A DNA stretch of 62,421 bases, filler included, from Choristocarpus tenellus KU-1152 (lineage: Eukaryota; Protista; Phaeophyceae), in the NCBI GenBank assembly GCA_964200185.2. It is 11 parts of 11 records of this genome, joined end to end, with 100 filler letters (N's around TTAATTAATTAA, not from the genome) between each part and the next. Parts side by side here need not be neighbours in the genome. Positions count along the whole stretch, not along the records: positions 21,405 to 26,937 come from CAXNAD020010497.1; positions 27,038 to 31,267 come from CAXNAD020015575.1; positions 31,368 to 34,854 come from CAXNAD020019689.1; positions 34,955 to 39,161 come from CAXNAD020015695.1; 7 more parts are not named here. One strand, given 5' to 3'. The notes beneath the pieces are model-generated. The model was not told where the DNA came from and made no database searches. It saw only the letters and a program-made list of their open reading frames with translations. Shown in pieces: positions 24,724 to 35,964 of this stretch. The position numbers and the translations under genes were made by a program. The number at the start of each line of letters is the position of its first letter. Positions within the stretch are counted from its first letter, which is position 1.

Positions 24724-25922
24724 CTCCCTCTATCCCATATGTCTGTGAATCTAGGTTGTAGCTCTTCGAGATGACCTCCGATTACAAGACGGATTCTTAC
24801 GTAGGATTCCTTGGAACATTCTACACTAACACAGAAAATATCGAAGAATTCTGATAATAATTCCGTTCTGAAATTGTTCCGAAATAGTGGAACACAGATT
24901 GGGGAATATTCGGCTCATTTTAATGGTCCTGGTGCAGGGTGGAGTCACCCACCACTGTTACAACCCCGCCAATACGCACTCAAGGGTGTACCTCTCCAAA
25001 AGCCCCCTGAATCGACAGCAAGGGAACACAGAACCTGTTTACTTGAATACAGCACGTGCACAACTCCCATGACAAGCCCCCAGAGCTCGCTGTCCCCAGC
25101 ATGAGGCTAGCAGCTCGTGGAAAGAACTGCGTGTGAAGTCACTCTGTGTGAAAGATTGGATAGCATTTGCTCTGCATTATATGCACTGGCTCTTCCTCCG
25201 GGTCACAAGAGGCTCCCAAGGGCTCGAAGTATCTGGGGGAGGGGGGAGTGGGATCTATCAGGGTGTCTGTTCAGGCTCTGACAAGAAGAAGTGCACTTAC
25301 ATTATCCATCTGACACATGCAACCAAATCACCCAAAAATCGCGACATGAAAAAATGGGCCCCGAATGGACAGCCGCCACCCCTCCCCCCGGATACTTTGA
25401 GTCCAAGGGGCGTGGAGCCCAAATTGGGCAAACAGTTTGAGGACGGATGAGAAATTAAGCTTGTGACGCAGCCAGCGCACGGATCTCAACTCAACGATTT
25501 GGGTTTTTTACATTCCTGAAGAGCAGGGTTTGGGCAGAGCATTACAACACCATTGATGACCTTGTAGGAGGGTTTAAGAACATATTTCACGCGTACAATG
25601 CAGACACGCTTGAGAGGGTGTAACAGAGTCTGTGTAAGAGGTACAACAATGTGTTAAGAGCGCTTGAGGGGAACGAGTTCGAGGTAGAGCACACGGGGAC
25701 AAAGAAAAAGGCAATAGAAGAGCGGGTTGACTAGAGCTGTCGAAGTAGACTGAGTCACCTACAACGGGGTGCTGGATTAGTGGATTGATGCTGTAGTAAA
25801 GGCGAGGCAAAATGATTTAATGTAGAATATTCTAAGGAATCCAACGCCAAAATTTGTTTTGTAATCAGAAGTCATTTGGAAGAGCTACAACTTAACAGCA
25901 CAGACTTACGGGACGGAGGGAG
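24724..25922 (+). mobile_element. Internally deleted mariner (DD39D) element with TIRs of about 105 bp and a TA TSD
   Basis: TA|CTCCCTCTATCCC...GGGACGGAGGGAG|TA; the arms match over about 105 bp; frameshifted IKLVTQPA..DLN.NDLGF..LKSRVW remnant at 25450-25535 (QPPNSPDLN-DLGFF motif). Confidence 0.9.
25221..25403. mobile_element. G-tract MITE nested in the mariner element, TSD CAAG
   Basis: caag|GGCTCGAAGTATCTGGGG...CCGGATACTTTGAGTC|caag. Confidence 0.9.
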
Positions 25923-26098
25923 TATTATGTTGGCATGTTGTGTAGTGTTGTATTTGAAAATACGTCTATAAAAAATATTTTGAGAAAACTGAATATCTAT
26001 GATTTCTTTTTTTGTATATTTTATTCAAAAAGCGTAGATTTTAGGAATCTTCAAGTTCTATTAGTATTACTTGCTGGTGTATCGCAATAAGTTTCATA

Positions 26099-26170
26099 GA
26101 CTCTGTGGCGCAAAGGTAGCGCGTCAGATTCCAGACCTGAAGGTTGCGAGTTCGAATCTCGCCAGGGTCA
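26099..26170 (+). tRNA. trnW: tRNA-Trp (CCA), with an A31-C39 mismatch
   Basis: Cloverleaf: GACTCTG/CAGGGTC acceptor stem, GCGC/GCGC D-stem, CCA anticodon at 26131-26133, GCGAG-TTCGAAT-CTCGC T-arm; T6 run about 25 nt downstream. Confidence 0.88.
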
Positions 26171-27400
26171 ATAGTATAACTTCTCTGATAGCATTTTTTA
26201 ATCTGTACATCTTTTCATCTAAACCTAGACCCTATCCCCACCTATGGTCAAAGGCACTACTTACTCACTACACATTTTCTCGTACTAATATTGACCACTA
26301 CTTTTATCTGCACTTAATATTTTCTTCACTTTAACTTACGACCTATCCCGACCTATGGTCAGAGGTACTACTTACTTCCATTTTCTCGTACTAACAGTTT
26401 TTGTACTATAACTAATTGTTGCTTGTACTGCCTCTCTTAAATGCCCTTGCTTTTGCACGCTAACTTTATCTGCCTCGCTCGCTGCTTTTTGCTCTGCTTC
26501 CTGCCTCCTATCTTGTGCTGGACTGGTCCCATTGTTATTCGGCTATGAAACCTTTGGCACCTTGTTCTTGGTCTGAATTTGTATGGTATAATTATAGGTG
26601 GAGAGAACAGGTGTACAATCCGTATTGCAGTTGTTGGTATTCCATGACCTACCCCTCCGGTAATTTTTCCGATTGGATCCTCCTAAGTCCCTGTTGTGCA
26701 TTGCATGTTGTATATTGAGTTACTTGGCGTGTGTAAGTACTTACTGTATTATGCATTTGCTATGAGCTACCCCAGAAGCTTGAGGGAGTGAGACCCGATC
26801 CTTTATCTTGCAAATCGCTGGTACAGGTGTAGGTGTGAGGTTAATGAGCTCTACAGGTGGAGGTAGCCATCAACGAGGACGCTAGGGCAGAAGAGGAGGT
26901 GATATTGAGACTATTTGCACACCAATGGTTTGGTTTCNNNNNNNNNNNNNNNNNNNNNNNNNNNNNNNNNNNNNNNNNNNNTTAATTAATTAANNNNNNN
27001 NNNNNNNNNNNNNNNNNNNNNNNNNNNNNNNNNNNNNAAAAAAGTGCCAATTTTTTTTTTTTTTTAACAAAAACATATCGGTACTTTTTCCGCACCATTT
27101 TCGGTCAAACCCATCCTCAATAAAAAGCTCCATCCTCAATTCTTAAAATCCAATATTCGAGAGGTCTGTAGGAGTAAATATTTTGGGGGGGCGATGGACA
27201 AGAACGGATATCCACCTGTGCCATTTCAGACCAAAACGGGTATAAAGGGAAACAAGTTGGGAACGTGGGACCCTCAGTCCTGAGACTCGTGCTAAAATCG
27301 TCCTTTACCTGTTCTCACCCCCATGTTGGCAGTTACATCGACCCTTGTCAACTCTCAGTGTCGCTCACCAGCTTCGCCTTGCTTTTTGTTAAGATTCGTA

Positions 27401-27711
27401 CCCGTTTTTGGCTATTGCAAGTGCTCTGATTGGACGAACAATACAAACCTTCCGTCCCAACACGCGGTCTCACACTTGAAACTCTCATCCTCATCCCCAG
27501 ACAACATCGGAACGTTTCACTGGAAAAAAAATGATCTCTTGTCAGGAACTGTTCTCTTATATCACAATCGACCTCAGAAGTCAGGACATCACCGAGCAAG
27601 ATCAGAAACAATTTGGATGAGGATGAGGGTTCAGAACATGGGTGGTGTACGGTGGGACAGAAGGATTGTGTTATCTGTCCAATCAGAGTACATACAATAG
27701 GTGAAAACGGG
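27401..27711. mobile_element. Foldback MITE with long TIRs and a TA TSD (Tc1/mariner-type)
   Basis: TA|CCCGTTTTTGGCTATTGCAAGTGCTCTGATTGGAC ... GTCCAATCAGAGTACATACAATAGGTGAAAACGGG|TA; the arms continue to ctcatcctcatcc/ggatgaggatgag. Confidence 0.8.
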
Positions 27712-29703
27712 TACAATTTGAATGGACCAGTCCGCAGGCCGGACTGGTTTCGACATTTCTTAACATCTCCAGACCACGTCCGCAAAATGTTGAAACTTCT
27801 TGTCCACAGTCCAGACAGGTTAAATGCTTCGTAACACATCCGGAACAGGTCTAAGTGCTGAAACCCGTCCAGTTCGACGGCTGGACGGGTCTAAATATTC
27901 CTTGAATATGAAAACCATGTGTATTAAGAAGTGGAACCTGTCCAGTCTGCGGAATGATCTCGGGCCGGCCCAAGTTCAATGGACCGGTCCGATAGCAAAT
28001 CGACTCCAAAATGTTGAACTGTGATTTAATTTATGCTATCTGTTGATTGTTTTCATACATGTAGTATATGTAGGGTTGGTTGTGGCAATTGTTCTACGTC
28101 GAATTGTGAAAACAATCACATGGTCTGGCCTGTCTCCCCCTTTAGTGTCGCTATCATTTCTCCCATGTTACCATTGCCACTACCAGTGTGGTTACTCCTG
28201 CTGCCACCTCTCTCGTTGCTCATTGCACCCCAGTGATACCTGAGCCAGTTTTCTTCTTGATTATGTCTCCATCAATAGTGTGTGTATCGTAGTGTGTGGT
28301 GTCTAAGCTTTCCTCTACATATTCCTACAATTACTACTGCATATAATACAATTAGATTATATATATTTTTTATTTCCCTCAACAATAATTCCCCATTTAA
28401 AATGTATTTTTTCGTATCAAGTACTATTTTGACATAAACAAATTTATAGGCAGGTTACTTTCTATACTATCAATGACATGTGTTTTATGTATGTTATGTC
28501 TCATTTCTTAGAGATACATTGTAGTAACAAAATACCTGCAATAACATCCACAATAATTGATGATTGTTAGCAGGTGATGATGGATGACCTTCACCGTGGA
28601 CCATTTTGACAGTACTAGATAAAAAATATAACAATACTTCTTACTGTATAGGGTTAGGGTTAGACTCTGCCCGCAAGAAGTATGCCTTGAATGTGCAGCA
28701 CTTCAAGATGCATACGTCTGAGCAACCCAACCCACAACTCACTATCGGGTGACTGATTGCCTTTCCCACCTGTAGCAGCTCATAATCCATCACACTACAC
28801 ACCCTACTTCACACCACAAGGCAAAGTACAGACAACCCAATCACTCACCCCTCACTCCTTTTTTAGACCAAAATACTGTTGGTGCTATATACAACCAGAA
28901 GCCACCAGAGAAAAAACGCCACACCACCATTAGTCCCTATCATCGCCACCTAACTCAAAAACGCCTGAAAAGGTTATTTTTCGCAAAAAAAAAGCACTAG
29001 AGACAAATGTGCAATAGCACCACTCGCACTACCTCCCCTCTCCCCCAAACCAGAGCAATTGAGGCAAAACCACAGAATCATGGTGAATCTTCTTGGGCTC
29101 AGGCTAGAGCATCTGCTTGGAATGAAACACACTAGGAATATGTATATAGAGATAAGGACAATCCAAGAGAGTGGCATCTCTCTCAATGAAATAACTTGTC
29201 AGCCTCACCTTGACTACTAACTCACACTACAATGTAGTTACAAGATTGGTCTTATCGAACTATTAATACTAACTCCTCTAACGTGGCCACACCACCTACC
29301 AAAACCATACTTTAAAAGCAAGATTATAGATTCACTTTCATCCGTACACTGAAATACCACAGGCACAAAATGCACTAGGGCAAACACAACCAAGAGGGAT
29401 GCCAATCTCTCTAGCCCTACCCTCCCCCCCAACCCTCAGAGACTGTACCCTCCCTTACCGAAACACTGTACCTTCACTGTCCAGCTCACACACATACTCC
29501 AAAACACCAATCACACAAGCTACACTAAACAAACACTTCACCATCACCCAAAATATCAACAAAGAACCTAATCAATCCACACGTCAAGCCTCAAGCCCAT
29601 CCCCTAACCCAAACCCTCAGAAAGACCGAGGAATCCCACTTCAAGCTGAGGTTTCAAGCTGAGTGTTTCAAGCTGAGTGTTTCAAGCTGAGTGTTTCAAG
29701 CTT

Positions 29704-29841
29704 TCAAGCTTTGTGGTTCGCCCCTTCCAAATCTACCTCTTCCAACTGAACAGACTTGACTGAACTCTTCAGAGGTTCAACCTGAGGGGGAATTGCCTTG
29801 GTGACAACTGCAGTGTTGTACATGTAAGTAGCACCCAAAAC
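29704..29841 (-). CDS. Nucleotide-sugar transporter (SLC35A-like), last exon
   Basis: cag|VLGATYMYNTAVVTKAIPPQVEPLKSSVKSVQLEEVDLEGANHKA*; joins the upstream exon in phase 0 to give FVFGTGLVLGATYMY (final transmembrane helix). Confidence 0.75.
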   Translation of the reverse strand, partial: VLGATYMYNTAVVTKAIPPQVEPLKSSVKSVQLEEVDLEGANHKA

Positions 29842-30408
29842 CTGTATGGGTTAGGGATGAGGGGGAGAGGTGGAGGTGGGTTCGATAATACAGCCTTAAC
29901 GATGGATTGGAAGGGGCCAGTGGCATTCTTGGTCTGCACTACTGGCTGACTGACTGGCTGACTGGATGGACGGATGTTGAAAAAGAAGAGTATAGAATAG
30001 TAGAGGAATTCAAAACATTGAGCACAGGCCCTTGAGGTACACATGCAAGAGAGGGAGGGAGAGAGAGAGAGATAGAGCCAGTTTACGCTTGTAACCGTTA
30101 CACTAAAAATAAACAAAAAAAAGAGGTTTGTGCTTAAAAAAAACGATATTTTCAAAACGTGTATAGTACACACACACATTATACTTCAAATGATCAAATA
30201 TTCACAAGGTTTTGATCTCAGCTTTTCAAATTTGAATGAAAGAATCAACCTAAATCAAATTGTCACCAACTCTTAACACCCATTCGTAACATCTAACAAG
30301 AAAATCTAGTGGTACTGAATTAGTGTGTATGTATGTATGTATGTATGGATTTTTTTTTTTAATGCACACAAAATTACACACAACAAATTCATGTTTACAT
30401 TTACTCAC

Positions 30409-30513
30409 CAGTCCAGTTCCAAACACGAATTCCAGAGACATGGTGGTCTTGAACAACATAAAAGACAGGAAACAAGACAAGCTGATGGACACACTTGTAG
30501 CAAAGCACTTCAC
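30409..30513 (-). CDS. Nucleotide-sugar transporter (SLC35A-like), penultimate exon
   Basis: tag|VKCFATSVSISLSCFLSFMLFKTTMSLEFVFGTGL|gtgagt; matches the KxFATSxSIxL..F..G..LV pattern of UDP-Gal/CMP-sialic acid transporters. Confidence 0.85.
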
Positions 30514-33500
30514 CTACCAATGCATGTGGATAGGAGAGAGAGAGAGAGTGAGAGAGAGAGGGAGGGATGAGATAGAGTTCTTTATCACAATGTCTTCAAT
30601 TCAATTGTACATGTAACCAAAATAACAACCAATCACCACCAAGGATTATGATCGACCAATCATCAGAACATGCCTAACCCCCCCAGCCAATCAAAAACTA
30701 CCATTAACGTTAGTACCTCCTTACTGCTAAATGCTAAATGCTGACTGGACACCTGTGACCATCATCATACCACTGCCCTAATCCCCTCTTACCTCTCGGA
30801 ATTACCACACTGTACAAACTACTAATACATCTACCTCCACTTCTATCTCTGTAGCTTTACTTAATGAGATCCAAAAATAAAAACATAAATGTTTTGCATT
30901 CCATTTTTTTTTTTCACAAAATCAGCTCATTTTAGGAAAAAGTTAGCAGATTGGGCAGCAGCCCACCATAGAGCTCAACTACAGCAGCTACCTGCATACA
31001 TTCCTACATGTATCTCAACTTAGGTTTACAATAATTGTGCGTTTTAGAAAACAAAAATCCTCCTCAACACAACCCCCAAAAATAACTGTTTCGCTCCACA
31101 GTAACTGATTATTCAACTAACAAAAAATTTCGCTGCGCTAGCGATAATTATTCCATCAAATTAATTGTTCTTAGTCATTGAATTAAATAAAAATAATACA
31201 ATTCATATTTCCAAATAACCACATTACCCCTCATACAGCTCTTGACATGAAACTCTTTTGAAGGGGGNNNNNNNNNNNNNNNNNNNNNNNNNNNNNNNNN
31301 NNNNNNNNNNNTTAATTAATTAANNNNNNNNNNNNNNNNNNNNNNNNNNNNNNNNNNNNNNNNNNNNGTATTACTAACATCGTATATTGTTCGTACTTGT
31401 CAGAACTCAAGAAATAATCCTCGCACTCTACGTCTGTTACAAATGTTCGTATTTCCTGAAACATAAAAAGAAAATTCTAGCGCTATTCGCGTGTAACAAA
31501 CGCTTGCACTTCGTTGAAATACAAGAAGAAAAGCTCGCGCTATTCGCCTGTAACATTAGGTGTGTGTAGTTCACCCCTTTTATCTGGAATCCAGAGTCAA
31601 TGCAGATCTTTAGAAAGATATGTTATCGATCAGGTGCTTTTGCGTGCTAGTGTTGGGAGCGGTAGGGACCTATCCTCATGCATGGCGAGGTCTTGGTGTA
31701 CTTCTCTGTTTCTACAGGTGCATGTTTGGTACATCCCTTTCTGTGTTGACGCCGTATGACATACCTAAGCACTATACGTGTGCAGCACGGGGAAGAATTC
31801 TGATTATTACGGTGAGATGACATGTGCTAGTCCTTGGACTGTAGACTGGAACTGACATTGGTTTTCCTCTCCTATTTTAATCCACTAGACTTTCGCTTTG
31901 TGGTACGTGACGTATTGTTTCCTTCACATTTCTTTTTTTTCTCTCATGTATTTTTCTGGCATTCTCTTTTCTTTCTGTATCATACCTTAGTTGGAATTAT
32001 ACCTTGTCATCGCAACAACTATGTTATAGGTGGTGCTGATATAGACGATATGTGCTTGAGAGGGTTGGAAAATTATTAGTCATCTCAGGATCGCATCTAC
32101 TGTAGGTCAATGCTTCTTTTTTTGCATTGTAGTTCTGGCATTCATGATTGCAGATGAGGATCGGGCGAGTGAGTAGGACATTTACTTGACTGTGCAAGCC
32201 AAGGCGACAATAACAAGTAAGAGAATTATGTAGAAGGCAATGTGGAAGGAAGTCGATGGTGAAGTTGAGGCACGTGCTGTGAAATTTGTCCTCAACAGCA
32301 AAGGAAGGTAACAAGTTTTGAACTTCTTTCGTAGAGACAGTGTCGGAAGGCATTTTAAAGTGAGAGTTAAGTAATGCCTCGTGGAGAAATGCAACCCTTG
32401 AACGGGAGAGATACCTCCTCTGATGATAGTGAGAGCAACTGGCTTTGGCATGACTAACCTACTCAAAGAGGCGACCAAGACATCACCTCACACAGCAGCA
32501 GGGTGATGCAGTAACCTCCTTTAGATATGAATATGGGGTATGGAGTACACGGTAGGGAACGTTTGGAGATCACCAGTGAGGATAAACTGCTACACCAGCT
32601 GGAGGTATGCTGTGTCATGCAACCAGCTGATTCGGATGAGGTTAAGTAGCTTGCTGGTATCAAATGATGGAAGGCGAAGGAGGAGGTGTTTGGAGAGTTT
32701 AATATTTCGTGCCATGGAAGCACTTTCCTGCATAGGTCACTTCTGTTGTGTATCTGGAGACTCGTTCTCCTCCGCTGGCAATACAGCCAGTCACTGCCAA
32801 GCGCACCTGTCTCTCTGGGGATGTTGTTGATGACTCTGTGGGGCTGAGCTATTGCGATGATGACACTGGTGCCAGATGTGGAAGGCGTAGGTAGCAGGAA
32901 ATTATAGTGATTATGGTGACTAAAACAGCTATTTCAAAACGTTTCCAGTGCCTTACCTTTTGCTCCGATCCACAAGTCTATATAAGCTGATGATGAGACT
33001 CGAAGACAGCAACTATGGTTTGTAAGAAACCTGTCTCAAAGCAAGATGAGTGGTTGACAGGCTGTCATTATGATAGACGTAAGAGTTCTTTCAACCTTGA
33101 TATCCGACTGAACGGGAAACACTGAAGGGGGTGAATTATCCTCGGTTGTTCTCCAAATGAATATGATGGTATGAGTATCGTGTGTCATGTACGTCAGGAT
33201 ATTATCTGCCCTACATGTCACAGAATATTCTATTTTTTTCTCAAGATACTGATTTTGCAGTGTACCTAAAAGACGACTTTGAATTTTTCCCTTTTGGATG
33301 GTACATGCACATGCTTGCCGCTCGCGCCTATTAAAGTGTGGGTAGTGATAGAGACCCTTAATCGCCTGTCACACAGCACTCGTGCAGTGTTTTTCTGCCT
33401 CCTCTGGGTGGAGGTCCTCTATCTGCAAGGATGGGCTTAGGGGAGAGTGGAACACATATGGCGTGTTGTTCTCCCTCTGTTATCTTATGTTTGCCTTGCG

Positions 33501-33970
33501 TGTGTCACCCTAGGCATCTTACTAACTGTAGGCACCACCCTCAGTGACAAATCTTGATCATATATTTGTACTACTACATATTATGATAAATGGTACTAAT
33601 GATACGTCTTTTTTGTCTACCACTTGACCCACCTCTTGTACTCGTATCGAAAGTGATACGTTTTTCCTTATATTTTATGAACAGAAATATATTTTGCGGC
33701 ATAAGTAGACAAAGTGGGTGAAACTCACTCATTTTTTGCTTCCACAACAAGACATCAAATGTTTCGAAGCATCAAAACAAAATTTGTTAAAAAACGCTTT
33801 CAATATATGATAATCCAATATCAAAGATCAATATATTTCGGGTCATCTTATTAAATCCTACAAAAAAGGTGATATACATATTTAAATCCCATGACCAGTT
33901 TGGTTGGTGGTGGGTGGTGGTATAGGACTAAGAATTAAACTGTTGATATATAGTGAAGTTCATATATATA

Positions 33971-34854
33971 TTATTATGCTCTCTAACGTTTTGCAGATGT
34001 TTCAGGGAAAACGTCTAACCAGTATCACAAGGACCCTTGCAAACGTAGCAGTTGTCGTAAATGTGAAAGACGTCTCTCAAAAAAATATTTACTATTTGAG
34101 TATCAGCTATACTAAAACACTCCCTTAAAGGTTCATAATTACAATACTTATGTGTACACCGCTGCTATGCCTCCAACTTAGCTTGGCCCTACAATACTGG
34201 GCAAGGAGCTAGGGAAGCATCCCGACAGGCCCCTCCTTGCCCATCTTTCTGGTTTCTCCAGCTTAAAACGCGTGGCACGACTCGAGAGGGCCACTTGTGT
34301 AGTGACGGACACTATCTGTCATAAGCGAGATTTGGCAGCCCCGTTCCTGCTACAAACTCCCGCCCCTCTCCCCCCTACTGCGTGTGTAACCAACTCATCC
34401 AGAAAATTTCTGCTTGCTTACTGAGGAAGCCAAAACCTTCCAACGCAGAGGTGTTGGGGATAAAACCATAGGGCCAAAAGAGCCCTCTTAGCGGGTATGC
34501 TTTCGCGCCTCAGCTACAGCAGCTACACCATTGCTGGTGGTGGATGAGTGAGGTATATGGGATGCTACTTGCACTTCTGGAAATGCAACATCCTGGAGGA
34601 GGTCTTGTCCCGGTAGGGAGCTGATCCAGCGTCTGCAGGTGCCCCGGCATGGCAGACCACAACCATGTGGAAATTTCTGTCCAATGTGAATGGGCTACCA
34701 TCCTCCATAGTGCAAGGGATGCCCATTCTCTTGAAGAGTTGACCTACACGCTTAACCACCAGCGTGAGCTGGTGTACCTTGTTGAAACCTGAATCGAATG
34801 CATTGTATATGATACATAGACTACGAAGGAAGAGGAATCATGGTGTTGTAAAGC
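33971..34854 (-). mobile_element. Non-LTR retrotransposon 3' region with a restriction-like endonuclease (CRE/NeSL-like), degenerate
   Basis: Broken translation LFKRMGIPCTMEDGSPFTLDRNFHM..., EARKH..., FLDELVTHAVGG..., QIVSVTTQVALSS..; the 3' end carries a short TAA tail; homologous to the copies at 61-62 kb. Confidence 0.75.
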
Positions 34855-34954
34855 NNNNNNNNNNNNNNNNNNNNNNNNNNNNNNNNNNNNNNNNNNNNTT
34901 AATTAATTAANNNNNNNNNNNNNNNNNNNNNNNNNNNNNNNNNNNNNNNNNNNN

Positions 34955-34985
<31 letters not shown>

Positions 34986-35146
34986 ACAATACTGGTGTTG
35001 TGAGCATGGCTGGTCTTTGAGGGGGGGGGGGGGGGGAAGTAATTGTGAATGTGCATGATTTTTTTGTTTTTAATTTTATTTAATTTTATTTTTTTCTGTT
35101 GATGTGTTGTTTTGTTGGGTTTGTTGACGACGACTGATTTGCTACC

Positions 35147-35964
35147 TCTCAATGCGTGTCCCCCGCCTCCCAGGTTTTGGAACAAGGAGTACATAGAGAG
35201 CAGAGGGTTGCGTTGGCCACCCTCCTTGGAAGGCGGTGACGAGAATAGTGTGGGAAAGGGTTCTTGTGTGAAGCCAGGGGCAGAAGTTGGTGAGGCAGAT
35301 GAAGAAGAAAAAGAAGGCCTGTTGGAGGAGAGTGGTGCTGGGAATGTCAAGTCGTTGAGGGGAGAGTGTAATTTGGAGTTTATTGTATGTAGAGAGTGAG
35401 AGGTGCTGAGTGTGTGCCACAGATAGATGCTTAGTAGAACCAGTATTTGTGGTAAGTTTTTGTCGTGTGTGGGATGTACGTATTGATTTACTAGGCTACA
35501 GTAGTAGAGTAGACGTTGTAAGTTGGTACCTGTTGGTAAAGATGGAAGCATATCCGAAAATATTGATAACAATAATAATAGGGATAATTTCTACTCAATA
35601 CCTTTTATGTGTGTGTGCTGGAGAGATGGAAGGTGTGGTGCATGGTGTAGTTGGTGGGGTTTCCTTAAGCAAGGGCATTGGAGTGGTTGAGTACATACCC
35701 TCTTGTTCCAGGGTATCTGATGCTGAAAACTTTGGAACAAATGCTATTACTGTAACTGTTTGTGGTGCTCTTGGAACTGTCTGCAGCACAGGGTCCCCTT
35801 CCAGGTTGGGATACATTGGCTGTACGAATGGTGAATGAGATGAAAGTAGTATTGCTTCTAATGTATTTGCTATTTTTTGAAGGAGTGGTACAGGCCACCA
35901 ACAACAGTGGTATGAATAGTGCTGCAGCGTAGAACAGTTGTGAGATATTGTTCTTAGAACGCAT
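35147..35964 (-). CDS. Possible 5' exons of an unknown secreted or membrane protein
   Basis: MRSKNNISQLFYAAALFIPLLLVAC hydrophobic start; donor gg|gtatgt near 35698 is compatible with the acceptor aacag near 35318; no homology recognised. Confidence 0.3.

Noticed and set aside
32000-33250. Protein-like decayed region, possibly transposon or viral
   Set aside because: No diagnostic motif could be recognised in any frame.
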